From Opitutales bacterium (lineage in GTDB: Bacteria; Verrucomicrobiota; Verrucomicrobiia; Opitutales; JABSRG01): 36,026 nucleotides of DNA. The notes beneath the pieces are model-generated. The model was given only the letters and a program-made list of their open reading frames with translations, searched no databases and had not been told where the DNA came from. Where the stretch lies: contig JBMYOQ010000042.1 in assembly GCA_049599475.1 (NCBI GenBank), forward strand, positions 1 to 36,026. The letters are read 5' to 3'. The position numbers and the translations under genes were made by a program. Shown one piece after another: positions 18,505 through 27,949 of this stretch (position 1 is its first letter; every line of letters begins with the position of its first letter).

Positions 18505-19827
18505 ATGCGAACATCCGTCTTGAGCGTTTTCAGAACCGGCCTTTTGTGCATCACTTCCGTATGCCTCTTTGCCGACGATACGCTATCGGTGCTGCCCGAA
18601 GACCATTTCCCGGCCCTGAAAAATCTCCTTGGAGCCGCCGCAAATCGTAAACTGAGCAGAGAAATCCGAGAATCTGAAGCCCGCGCTCGCGAGAAGGCTT
18701 CAGACGCCTATGGTCGCACCCGAGCTCACACCGCGATCTATGGCGCTTACATCTTAGAAGATCGCGAGAATGAATCCCTGGAAACCCGTGCCCGCCTCAC
18801 CTGGGAAGTCGGCGCCGAGCGCACGCTTTACGAATTTCACGACGCCATCGAAGCCCGGCGCAGTCTGGGTAGACACCAGTCCAAGCAGATCGACTGGTCC
18901 GAGCGACAAGAAGAGTCCGCCTGGCTGCAGAAATTGCGTGCACTATTCCTGGAGCAACTCGCCGCAGAACAAACACTGAGGACGCGCCAAGCAGCCTTGA
19001 CTCAAGCTGAAGACGAGCTTCAAGCCCTCAAAGCTCTAAGAGCCGAAGGACGGTTAGCTGAACTAGATCTCCTAGAAGCCGAACTTAGCCTCGTCCAACT
19101 TCGTGAAGATGTAAACCTGAGCGAACGCCACATTTCCCTGCTAGAAACAAGCCTTCAGCGATATACCGGGCTTAGCGAAATCCCATCCACGAGCGAGGCC
19201 AGTCTCAACCGGCTGGAAAGTTCTTCCTTCAACACTTTGGACGATAATCAGGCAGAGATTCCATTACTGCGTGCTCCGGCGATTGAGCAACTTGAGAACA
19301 ATATAGCGGTCGCCGACGCTCAAGCGCGCATCGCAGCCTCAAGCGGCCTCCCACGTGTCTCTTCATGGGTTCGGGTTTTCCAGGACGAACTACAGGGGCC
19401 AGAATTCTCTGGAACGGTCACTCGAACAAACTACGAGGCCATTGTAGGTGTGCGCTGGAATTTTTGGGACAGCGGCCAAAGCCGCAACCTTGCACGCGCT
19501 GAGCGCCTTAAAGGGCAAAGGCTTGAGCGAGCTCGAGACCGTGTCTACGCCAGCTTTCAGAGTGAAGCCCGCAAGCTCCAGTTTGCCTATGAAAGTGCAG
19601 TTTCCGATGTGAGAGTGACAGAAGCCACCGTCGATTTGCACCGCAGACTGCTCGAAGCCCAGGAAAAAGCCTCGGCTACCGATGCCCAACTTCTTCCGCA
19701 AGCACTTCAAGCGCGTGTAAACCTGGCTGCCTCAGAAAGCAGCCTTTGGACTGCTTATGCCACTGCCTGGGAAGCCCGATCGGCCTGGCAACTTTTCCTT
19801 CATGGCGATCCATTCGTGGAGCGCTAA
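18505..19827 (+). CDS. TolC-family outer membrane efflux protein
   Basis: Signal peptide and two repeats of a beta-hairpin plus long helices (GRLAELDLLEAE; GLPRVS...GVRWNFWDSG). Confidence 0.7.
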   Translation: MRTSVLSVFRTGLLCITSVCLFADDTLSVLPEDHFPALKNLLGAAANRKLSREIRESEARAREKASDAYGRTRAHTAIYGAYILEDRENESLETRARLTWEVGAERTLYEFHDAIEARRSLGRHQSKQIDWSERQEESAWLQKLRALFLEQLAAEQTLRTRQAALTQAEDELQALKALRAEGRLAELDLLEAELSLVQLREDVNLSERHISLLETSLQRYTGLSEIPSTSEASLNRLESSSFNTLDDNQAEIPLLRAPAIEQLENNIAVADAQARIAASSGLPRVSSWVRVFQDELQGPEFSGTVTRTNYEAIVGVRWNFWDSGQSRNLARAERLKGQRLERARDRVYASFQSEARKLQFAYESAVSDVRVTEATVDLHRRLLEAQEKASATDAQLLPQALQARVNLAASESSLWTAYATAWEARSAWQLFLHGDPFVER

Positions 19828-19856
19828 GGAACTGTCGGTAGGAAGCAGCGTCCCAA
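19828..19856 (+). promoter_or_regulatory. Putative ECF (sigmaE-type) autoregulatory promoter
   Basis: GGAACT-N16-GTCCCAA upstream of the ECF sigma gene matches the GGAAC-N17-GTC ECF consensus. Confidence 0.55.
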
Positions 19857-19988
19857 TTAGTAAGGAAATCCCCGAAATTATCGTGTTTGCGGTAAAATTC
19901 TTCCCAGAAATCACGACTTTCGGCCCAATATCCGCTAAAACTTTAGCCTTTCCAGCACACCGACCACCCTACATAGTCCTCCGAAACG

Positions 19989-20621
19989 ATGGCAGACGTC
20001 CTCACAGGCAAGCTTTCCCATACGGGCAACTCCGCAGTTGCTGATGGGTCCGTTGATGCCGATGCAGCCCTCGTGACTCGGGTCCAAAGCGGAGATGTTT
20101 CCGCGTTTGATATCCTCGTTGCCCGGCACCGTGAGCGTCTTTTCTCCATCATCTACAACCTTACCTCCAATCGCGAGGATGCGTCCGACCTCACTCAGGA
20201 TGCTTTTATTAAGGCCTTCCGCTCTATTCAGCGTTTCAAAGGAAAATCCTCTTTCTACACCTGGCTCTACAGGATCGCAATCAACACGACCTACACCTAT
20301 CTGAAGCGCAATCGCCTGAGACGCTTTTTCTCGCTAGAGAATGCCCAGGACGAGATGAGCAATTCGGAGATCGTTGAGACTTTGACCGCCAAATCGAAAT
20401 CGGACAAACCCACTTTGGTCGCAGAACTTCAAGAAAAATTGAACGAAGCGATGCAAACTCTGTCTCTTAACCATCGCACTGTAGTCACACTCTTTGAGAT
20501 AGAAGGAATGAGCCATAACGAAATAGCTGAAGTCATGAACTGCTCCGTAGGAACAGTGCGCTCTCGACTACACTATGCGAAACAAGAGCTTCAAAGCGTC
20601 TTAAAAGAATATTTGCGATAA
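19989..20621 (+). CDS. rpoE: ECF RNA polymerase sigma factor (RpoE-like)
   Basis: Region 2: DASDLTQDAFIKAF...FKGKSSFYTWLYRIAIN. Region 4: EGMSHNEIAEVMNCSVGTVRSRLHYAK. Confidence 0.93.
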   Translation: MADVLTGKLSHTGNSAVADGSVDADAALVTRVQSGDVSAFDILVARHRERLFSIIYNLTSNREDASDLTQDAFIKAFRSIQRFKGKSSFYTWLYRIAINTTYTYLKRNRLRRFFSLENAQDEMSNSEIVETLTAKSKSDKPTLVAELQEKLNEAMQTLSLNHRTVVTLFEIEGMSHNEIAEVMNCSVGTVRSRLHYAKQELQSVLKEYLR

Positions 20622-20629
20622 TCTCTCTT

Positions 20630-21229
20630 ATGGACCGAAAAGACATCAAAGCAGATTCATCCCCGGTAGCCCTGGAGGATCTACTCAGATTAAAACGGCA
20701 CGAACGTCCAGATGCTCAATTCTGGACGAAATTCGAAGGCGATTTCAAGAAACGTACTCTCCAAGAGCTGGTGTCCAAGCCCAGCCTACGCGAAATTGTC
20801 GGCCAATGGTTTCTTCAATCTGGCTCTCGCTGGATCCCTGCTGGCGCCGCTGCAGCTGCAGCTGTTTACTTCGCAAACGGCATGATGCACGTGGGCCCGG
20901 CCACCGTCCAAAACGCTCCCGAAGTGGTTCCATCAAGTGCTGCGCCTGAGAGCTACGCCTCTCTAGACGTCTCATCGGAACGCGCGGTATCCACATCCAC
21001 TCCCATCCGTGCCCAAGACACTCTCACATCCGAAACTATTTGGACTGAGGCCCAGGCAGATTTGACGATGGATGTAATCGTTGCAGAAAACAGCTCTGAA
21101 AAGTTCCTCACAGACAGCACGATAGACACCCTCGCAGCTAGCTTCGCCGAACCCACTAGCTATGCAGAGGACGTTTTCACCTCAAATATTGCTACCCTTT
21201 CCCCGAGCGCTTTCCGCCTCGGGATGTGA
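20630..21229 (+). CDS. Probable membrane-anchored anti-sigma factor
   Basis: Starts 8 bp after the ECF sigma gene. Short helical N-domain (LEDLLRLKRHERPDAQFW), a single hydrophobic segment and a Ser/Thr/acidic C-region. Confidence 0.6.
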   Translation: MDRKDIKADSSPVALEDLLRLKRHERPDAQFWTKFEGDFKKRTLQELVSKPSLREIVGQWFLQSGSRWIPAGAAAAAAVYFANGMMHVGPATVQNAPEVVPSSAAPESYASLDVSSERAVSTSTPIRAQDTLTSETIWTEAQADLTMDVIVAENSSEKFLTDSTIDTLAASFAEPTSYAEDVFTSNIATLSPSAFRLGM

Positions 21230-21282
21230 CGCTCCTCGCTTTTCGAGCCTCTTCTAAGAGGGATCAATAAGGCTCTCTTGCC

Positions 21283-22473
21283 GTGCGCCAAGTTTTCTGT
21301 TCCATCATTTCGTTTCTGTTTTGCTTTGGCTCCCTATCCGGACAAAGCGATTTTTTGAACCTGCAGAGACGCGTCCAGGAACTGTTTCAACAATATCAGG
21401 GCGCGATCGTTCGCCTAGAGTCGATGCATATCGAGCCTGGGGAGTCCGATACGGACCAACCGCGAGTCAGAGTCAAAGACGGCACTGGGTTTTTCATAAG
21501 CCGAGAGGGCCTAATTCTCGCAGGGGCCAGCCGAGTTAAGGGATCCAGGCGCGTCACTGTATACCACCAAGGCAGCCAATACCTGGCAGAGGTGATCGCG
21601 ACAGACGAACAAACGAATGTCGCCCTTCTGAAAGCCCTTTATCTTCCCGATTCTTTCGATTTTTTAAGAATGAACGAATCTCCGGCCCTGCCGGACCCCG
21701 GGACCTTTGGCTTAACAATCACGTGTCCACTGAAGCTGTCTCCAACTCCTCGAATGACAATGATCGCGGGGCACGAAACGAAATTTGATACCAAGCTTTT
21801 CCCCACCACCTTTATCCGACTAGACACCCCGTCCTTTCAGGGCGAAGTCGGTGGGCCGATTATCGATCTTCAGGGGCGCCTCATAGGAATGTTATTCGCG
21901 GGCGTTCCTCAAATACAGTCCTCATATGCTCTACCCGCGGGAGCGATCAACAAGATTAAAGACGATTTGCTTTTAGAGGGACGTGCATCCTATGCCAGCG
22001 TCGGAATCGAAATCGGTCAGGATTTTATTCGAGGAAACAAAACCAGAGTGAAGATCTTGGATGTAGCCTCAGGCTCTCCTGCGGCGGTAGCCGGTATTAT
22101 GACGGGAGACTTCGTCAAGAAAGTAGGTGACTACACAATCTCTGATTTCAGCGATTTCCCCAACGCGATGTTCTTCATCCGCGTAGGCGAATACGTGGAT
22201 ATGGAGATCGAACGAGACTCCAAAACGATTGCCTTCAACCTTCCAACAATCAGGCGCCCTGACGAAGACAGATTAGTCAAAATTCGCCCGATGACCCCGG
22301 AAGAGGTATTCGAAGCGATGGAGGAACAGCAAGCGGAGCTTGCCCCTCAAACAGATATCTCGCCCGAGCCGGAGACCTCGGAAGTAGAGGCACCATCCAA
22401 GGATGAGACGACTCCTCTCAGCATCCCTCTCAGCCCCGAGAAAGAAACTGAAGGCCCCACGCCTCAAAACTAA
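21283..22473 (+). CDS. HtrA/Deg-like trypsin + PDZ protein, apparently catalytically inactive
   Basis: Signal peptide, GTGFFIS, GGPIIDLQGRLIGM and PDZ motif GSPAAVAGIMTGD. The triad motifs are substituted (AGASRV, TNVALLK, GEVGGP). Confidence 0.85.
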   Translation: MRQVFCSIISFLFCFGSLSGQSDFLNLQRRVQELFQQYQGAIVRLESMHIEPGESDTDQPRVRVKDGTGFFISREGLILAGASRVKGSRRVTVYHQGSQYLAEVIATDEQTNVALLKALYLPDSFDFLRMNESPALPDPGTFGLTITCPLKLSPTPRMTMIAGHETKFDTKLFPTTFIRLDTPSFQGEVGGPIIDLQGRLIGMLFAGVPQIQSSYALPAGAINKIKDDLLLEGRASYASVGIEIGQDFIRGNKTRVKILDVASGSPAAVAGIMTGDFVKKVGDYTISDFSDFPNAMFFIRVGEYVDMEIERDSKTIAFNLPTIRRPDEDRLVKIRPMTPEEVFEAMEEQQAELAPQTDISPEPETSEVEAPSKDETTPLSIPLSPEKETEGPTPQN

Positions 22474-22546
22474 GTAGGAAACGCATCGCTCGATTTGCTG
22501 AAATTTTGGTTTAACATTCCGCGCAATTCTCTAAATCTGACTCTTT

Positions 22547-23401
22547 ATGGCCTTATTCAAGAAACCACAGTACTCGACGGTAGCCGTCAAAAAGAAGGAC
22601 ATTCCCAAGGGTCTCTGGACCAAGTGTCCCAAGAGCGGTGAAATCGTATACAATAAGGAACTTGAGGAGAATTGCTACGTCGTCCCCAAGAGCGGCTACC
22701 ACTTCCAAATGGATGCGCCCAAGCGTATTGAAATGCTTTTGGATGCGGACACATTTACTGAGCACGATGCAGGGCTTAGCTCAGTCGACCCTCTCACATT
22801 TGTCGATAAAGTTCCCTACCCAGCGCGAATCAGCAAATACCAAAAAGCGACAGGTATGCCTGACGCACTCGTCTCCGGCACAGGCACCATCGACGGTATC
22901 CCGGTTTCAATCGCAGTGATGGATTTCCGATTCTCTGCCGCGAGTATGGGCTCTGTAGTCGGAGAAAAGATCACCCGTGCGATCGAACGTGCAACTGAAG
23001 AAAAACGCGCTCTGATCATTGTATCAGCCTCAGGCGGTGCACGCATGCAAGAAGGCGTATTTAGCCTCATGCAGATGGCTAAAACAAGCGCGGCACTTGT
23101 TAAACATTCAGACGCTGGCCTACCTTTTATCTCAATTCTGACTCACCCCACCACGGGTGGAGTCACAGCCAGTTTCGCTACTCTGGGAGACCTCAACATT
23201 GCCGAGCCAGGCGCCCAAATATGCTTTGCTGGCCCCCGCGTAATTAAAGATACCACGAAACAGGACCTTCCTGAAGGTTTCCAAACTGCCGAATTTTTGC
23301 TCGAGCATGGACTGATCGATCAAATCGTCGATCGGCGGAAAATGCGCGATAGGATTAGCAGCTTTCTAAAGGCGCTTTATCCTGAACAAGCTTCCGCATA
23401 G
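22547..23401 (+). CDS. accD: Acetyl-CoA carboxylase carboxyltransferase beta subunit
   Basis: [61 protein letters not shown]. Confidence 0.97.
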   Translation: MALFKKPQYSTVAVKKKDIPKGLWTKCPKSGEIVYNKELEENCYVVPKSGYHFQMDAPKRIEMLLDADTFTEHDAGLSSVDPLTFVDKVPYPARISKYQKATGMPDALVSGTGTIDGIPVSIAVMDFRFSAASMGSVVGEKITRAIERATEEKRALIIVSASGGARMQEGVFSLMQMAKTSAALVKHSDAGLPFISILTHPTTGGVTASFATLGDLNIAEPGAQICFAGPRVIKDTTKQDLPEGFQTAEFLLEHGLIDQIVDRRKMRDRISSFLKALYPEQASA

Positions 23402-23442
23402 GGAGCACGCGTCTCAGGTATCCTTCGAGCGAAGGCATAGGC

Positions 23443-24759
23443 ATGAATGCAAACCCGGATGATCTGCGCACATATTCGGATGTGCGCGATTTTCTGTTCG
23501 GGCTCCGCAATACCGGAATGAAGTATGGGATCGACCGGATGCGTCGACTTGTCGAAGCCCTTGGCCACCCGGAGCGATGTTTTCCAATCATTCACGTAGC
23601 AGGGACAAATGGCAAAGGCTCCACCTGTGCATCCATCGAGTCTATCTACCGTGAAGCGGGTTACAAAACGGGCATGTATACATCTCCGCACCTCGTTCGC
23701 CTAAACGAGCGCGTGCAAGTTAATCGGACTCCGATTCCTGACACAAAGGTCATTGAAATGACCCGCACACTGACTCGAGTAGGCAACTGCCTTGAAAAGG
23801 AAGAAGAGGGCCTGTTCCCGTCGTTCTTCGAATTCATGACCGGAATGGCTTTTTTGCATTTCAAAGAGGAAACCGTAGACATCGGGATTATCGAAGTAGG
23901 CCTAGGTGGTCGCCTGGACGCTACAAACGTTGTCGATCCCGACGTCACAGCGATCACCTCAATAGCACTCGACCATACCCACATCCTAGGAGATACCCTC
24001 GAGGCAATCGCCCGAGAGAAAGCAGGTATTCTCAAATCGAAGAAACCGGTCGTTCTTGGAAGGATCGAACCAGGCCCTCTCTCAGAAATCGAGGGTATCG
24101 CGGAAAAATTAGAGTGCCCGATCCATAAAGCCGCGGATTCCGACGATAAACTTCTGCCCACCAGTAATCTGAGCGGCAGCTATCAACGCATCAATGCTGC
24201 TACAGCCAAGAAATGCGTCGAGCTATTGAGCTCCAGGCTGCCTGTTAGCCCGGAATCTATAAAGCAAGGGCTATCAAAAATCCAATGGGCAGGCCGATGG
24301 GAAGCACGCACGCTAGCCAATGGGCAGGAAATCATACTCGATTCCACCCACAACCTTGAAGGGACCCGAGGCCTCGCCGAAAACCTTCAAAGACTGCAAA
24401 CGCTGCATGGGGAAGCAGCACGATTTACCATAATTGCGGGAGCCCTTGGCCGAGATCGCGCCGAGTCTCTCTTAAAAATTCTAGCCCCGTTCGCAAAAAG
24501 GCTAATCTGGGTCCGCCCCAATCAACCACGCGCTAGCGAATGGGCTGAAGTATCCGAGTTGTGGCCCGATTCGGTCCCGGCGGAAGAGATCGCAATCAGA
24601 GAGCTTTTCCCCGAGAAAGACTCCATCAACATTGAAAAGCAGGAGCTCCCATTCATCGCGACGGGCTCAATTTACTTAATTGGAGAGATCTCAAGCCGTC
24701 TGGAAGGAGTCCAAGATTCAGGAGATGATGACTTACAGGATGATGTCAGGCCCCGCTGA
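23443..24759 (+). CDS. folC: Folylpolyglutamate synthase/dihydrofolate synthase
   Basis: IHVAGTNGKGST, YTSPHL, EVGLGGRLDATN, DHTHILG, EKAGI, WAGRWE, TGSIYLIG; conserved accD-folC order. Confidence 0.95.
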   Translation: MNANPDDLRTYSDVRDFLFGLRNTGMKYGIDRMRRLVEALGHPERCFPIIHVAGTNGKGSTCASIESIYREAGYKTGMYTSPHLVRLNERVQVNRTPIPDTKVIEMTRTLTRVGNCLEKEEEGLFPSFFEFMTGMAFLHFKEETVDIGIIEVGLGGRLDATNVVDPDVTAITSIALDHTHILGDTLEAIAREKAGILKSKKPVVLGRIEPGPLSEIEGIAEKLECPIHKAADSDDKLLPTSNLSGSYQRINAATAKKCVELLSSRLPVSPESIKQGLSKIQWAGRWEARTLANGQEIILDSTHNLEGTRGLAENLQRLQTLHGEAARFTIIAGALGRDRAESLLKILAPFAKRLIWVRPNQPRASEWAEVSELWPDSVPAEEIAIRELFPEKDSINIEKQELPFIATGSIYLIGEISSRLEGVQDSGDDDLQDDVRPR

Positions 24760-25015
24760 TAATTCACAAAAATATGGTTAAAAAGTGAAAATCAAAAATT
24801 TGGGCCAGTCTAATGCTAAAGAAGATAATACATTATCGCAGTCCGGATCACCTAAAAAACATCGCATAATTTCTAATTTCAAATAGAACGGATCGTCCAT
24901 CCCGGGTTTATTCCCAGTTCAGGCTCACGCAGGATTCTTAAAATATTTCTCTCATTTCCATTTAGATCTATCTCGATCATTTACGGATTTTCCACTCTCT
25001 CAGCTTCTCAGAACT

Positions 25016-25495
25016 ATGCACCTTAAAATCGTTTTCTATTTCTTACATATCGTGCTAAGCGGCATGATATCAGGCCTTTCTTTAGCCATAATGGGCACCC
25101 TGTTCTTCGAGAACGTTCGAGAGCCTCTTCCATTATTCGCATGTGCATTTGCTGTCTCGACTGCATGGTTCATTTGGAGAATACGCGTCCAAAGAAAGTT
25201 CAAGTTCTCCATCACTCAAAAGGCGTTCAAATTGTTCTTCCCGATCTCCCTGATCATGGTCGCAGCTTTGACCTTAGGCGCGAAAGAGCTCCTTGAGGTG
25301 ATGATGGTGAATCCTCCTAAGATCAAATATCTCCTCTACATCACGGGGGCCATGGCAGGAATGGCTATCAGTGCCCAGATCCTCGATTTCGAACGTATGC
25401 CTCGCCGTGAAAAAATCACATACAAGCGCGGAGGCGAACGCAAAGACAGCACCAGCTGGAAGAGATCATCGGGTAGCCGTCTGTTCCAAGGATGA
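25016..25495 (+). CDS. Hypothetical membrane protein (about 4 TM helices)
   Basis: 159-aa ORF with four hydrophobic segments and a basic tail; stop overlaps the guaD start (ATGA). Confidence 0.6.
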   Translation: MHLKIVFYFLHIVLSGMISGLSLAIMGTLFFENVREPLPLFACAFAVSTAWFIWRIRVQRKFKFSITQKAFKLFFPISLIMVAALTLGAKELLEVMMVNPPKIKYLLYITGAMAGMAISAQILDFERMPRREKITYKRGGERKDSTSWKRSSGSRLFQG

Positions 25496-26721
25496 TTCTA
25501 ACGGGTTATCTCGTTTTACCAGACCTCGCCGGAGAAGATGCAGTTACCATTCAGCAGGGCTGGGTGGAAGTAGACGGGCCTTTCATTGTCCGGATCGAAC
25601 TCGGAGAGCTACACGCCAAGCCAGATTATGGTGGCGAACACGCATTGATTTCCCCCGGATTCATCGATGTCCACGCACATCTACCACAAATCGATGCACT
25701 CGGCGCATATGGTATGCAGCTCCTTGATTGGCTGGATACCGTTGTGTTTCCATCCGAGACAAAGTGGGCAGATTCAGACTTTGCCCGCGTTCGGAGTGAA
25801 AAAGCATTTAGGCAATTTCTCGCAAGCGGCACCACAGGCGTATTCGCATTTTCTGCCAATTTTCGAGAAGCGACCATAGCTGCCCTAGAGACCGCACAAG
25901 ATATCGGAATTCGAGCCAAGATTGGACAGCCTCTCGCGGACATGCATATCCATGAGGACCTGTGTAAACCTACCCAGGTGAATCTCGACGATGTTCAAGC
26001 GACCCTCGAGCAATTTCCTGAATCGAATAACAAGCGAGTCGCCGCCGCAGTTGCTCCCCGCTTCGCACTTACCTGCAGTGAAGAACTTTTAAGTGGGGCC
26101 GCGCAAATCGCTCGAGATACCGGAGCATTTGTCGAAACTCACTTGGCCGAGATGATTCCAGAGTGTGAGCGTGCGTGCGAACTTCACGGCGCTGCCGACT
26201 ACACTTCGATCTACGAAAAAGCAGGCCTCCTGACCGAGCGCACTTTTCTCGGACACGGAATTTATCTCTCAGAAGACGAGTGTAAACAGATCGCAGACGC
26301 TAAAGCAGTCATCGCTCACTGCCCGACATCCAATACATTTCTGCGCTCAGGAACCATGCACCGCGAGCGGTATTTAAAGCGCCACATTCCGATAGGGTTA
26401 GCGAGCGACATAGCAGGTGGCCCTGACCGATCGATGATCCGCGTCGCCCGGGCAATGATCGAAGCAAGCTTCCATGCGGATAACAGCACTCCCGCATCAA
26501 CCGCTGAAGCATGGTGGCAGATTACCCAAGGCAATGCCGAGCGAATGGGTTGGCGAGATGCCGGAATTCTCCACGAAGGTGCATCGGCGGATATAGTAGT
26601 CATCGAGCCAGATCCTGACTGGGTACAAGCTAAGGACCCTCTAGGCTACTTGCTATTCACTTGGAACGATCACTGGCTTAAGCAGACATTCCTTCGGGGC
26701 CGATCTGTTTTTGAACAATAA
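25492..26721 (+). CDS. guaD: Guanine deaminase (amidohydrolase family)
   Basis: PGFIDVHAHLPQ, LLDWL...FPSE, PRFA, THLAE, GHGIYL, HCPTSN, SDIAGG. Confidence 0.88.
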   Translation: MILTGYLVLPDLAGEDAVTIQQGWVEVDGPFIVRIELGELHAKPDYGGEHALISPGFIDVHAHLPQIDALGAYGMQLLDWLDTVVFPSETKWADSDFARVRSEKAFRQFLASGTTGVFAFSANFREATIAALETAQDIGIRAKIGQPLADMHIHEDLCKPTQVNLDDVQATLEQFPESNNKRVAAAVAPRFALTCSEELLSGAAQIARDTGAFVETHLAEMIPECERACELHGAADYTSIYEKAGLLTERTFLGHGIYLSEDECKQIADAKAVIAHCPTSNTFLRSGTMHRERYLKRHIPIGLASDIAGGPDRSMIRVARAMIEASFHADNSTPASTAEAWWQITQGNAERMGWRDAGILHEGASADIVVIEPDPDWVQAKDPLGYLLFTWNDHWLKQTFLRGRSVFEQ

Positions 26722-26800
26722 CCTCCCTTAAAAAATTTCCCCTTCGGTAGATACCTCCTTGAAAGCTGCTGACGCTTAGCAAAAGCTGGTGGGCTCGCAG

Positions 26801-27949
26801 ATGTTCAAGCGCTTCGACAGATACCTCCTTATTGAGTGGCTCAAAGCCCTCGTTCTCTGCGCAACGGTAATCGTAACGATCCTGCTCTTTGAACGCTTTT
26901 ATGACGACCTCGGAGATCTGCTCGAATTCAACGCGTCCATCGCAGAAATAGCGCGCTACTTCGCCTGGAGAGTCGTCGGATATATACCAACCATACTCCC
27001 TGCCATCCTGCTGCTTTCTTCGCTGCTCACGCTCATCCAGCTTCAGAGCAGGCGAGAACTTGTCTCCCTTCGATCGGCTGGCCTGGGCACATTTCGTATC
27101 ACTCGCGTATTCTGGCTCGGTTCAGTCATCGCTTCGGCTAGCATTGTTGGCCTCAACGGATGGTTCATTCCCTGGAGTGTCGAATCGGCTAATTTACTCT
27201 ACGAGAATCTAAAACATCGCCAGTCAGCGAATTCTGATTCTGAGGCCCGAGATGCCGCCATTATCCAGCAACTCACTTTCTATAATCTGGCCAAGGACCG
27301 CTTGTGGTATTTCGACACCTTCAATTTGCGTTCGTTCACCGGTCATCGCGTGCATCTATACACATTTCACGAAGACCAATCCATGGCCTCTCATCTCAGC
27401 GCAGCCGAGGCACATTTTGATGATGTAAGCCAGACATGGACCTTCCAAAGCGGCACCATTCTTCACAACGCCGCTCAAGCTGATGACAGCGCATCGACCC
27501 GCGGGAACACCGCGGATCTTTATGTGGAAAAATTTGAAACATGGTCTGAGCCCTCCTTCCAGGAACAACCTAGACTTATGCTCTCTCTCGGAGAGCGACC
27601 GAAAGATCTTTCAATTAGCGCGCTTCGCAATCTTCTCAAAAGCGATGACCTACAAGGCAGCCCAGCTCTAGCCCCCTTCTATGCGCAGTATCATCAGTTG
27701 CTGGCGTCACCTGCGATGTGCCTAGTAATCACGGCCATAGCGATTCCCTTCGCGACCCGCGGAGTTCGCGTCAACCCCATGGTCGGAGCATCCCAAGCTA
27801 TCTTCATTTTCTTCGTCTATTATATGCTCATCAACACCTTTACGGTCCTCGGAGGACGCGAAGTCATCAGTGCCCCGTCCGCGGCATGGGCTCCTCACGG
27901 AATCATGGCTGTTTTCGCTATGGCCAATAACCTTTTCCGCACCCGATGA
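26801..27949 (+). CDS. lptG: LPS export ABC permease, LptF/LptG family
   Basis: FDRYLL N-terminus, ELVSLRSAGLG, 3 TM + periplasmic beta region + 3 TM, and AAWAPH. Confidence 0.8.
   Translation: MFKRFDRYLLIEWLKALVLCATVIVTILLFERFYDDLGDLLEFNASIAEIARYFAWRVVGYIPTILPAILLLSSLLTLIQLQSRRELVSLRSAGLGTFRITRVFWLGSVIASASIVGLNGWFIPWSVESANLLYENLKHRQSANSDSEARDAAIIQQLTFYNLAKDRLWYFDTFNLRSFTGHRVHLYTFHEDQSMASHLSAAEAHFDDVSQTWTFQSGTILHNAAQADDSASTRGNTADLYVEKFETWSEPSFQEQPRLMLSLGERPKDLSISALRNLLKSDDLQGSPALAPFYAQYHQLLASPAMCLVITAIAIPFATRGVRVNPMVGASQAIFIFFVYYMLINTFTVLGGREVISAPSAAWAPHGIMAVFAMANNLFRTR

Noticed and set aside
18505..19827. TolC as a dedicated capsule-export channel because it follows kpsD by 18 bp
   Set aside because: KpsD-type OPX proteins already serve export. 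The TolC gene looks compositionally like the downstream core genes, so adjacency alone is insufficient.
24760..25015. Purine riboswitch upstream of guaD
   Set aside because: The conserved purine-aptamer core (TATAAT...ATATGG...GTTTCTACC...CCGTAAA) is not present; only an isolated ATATGG.
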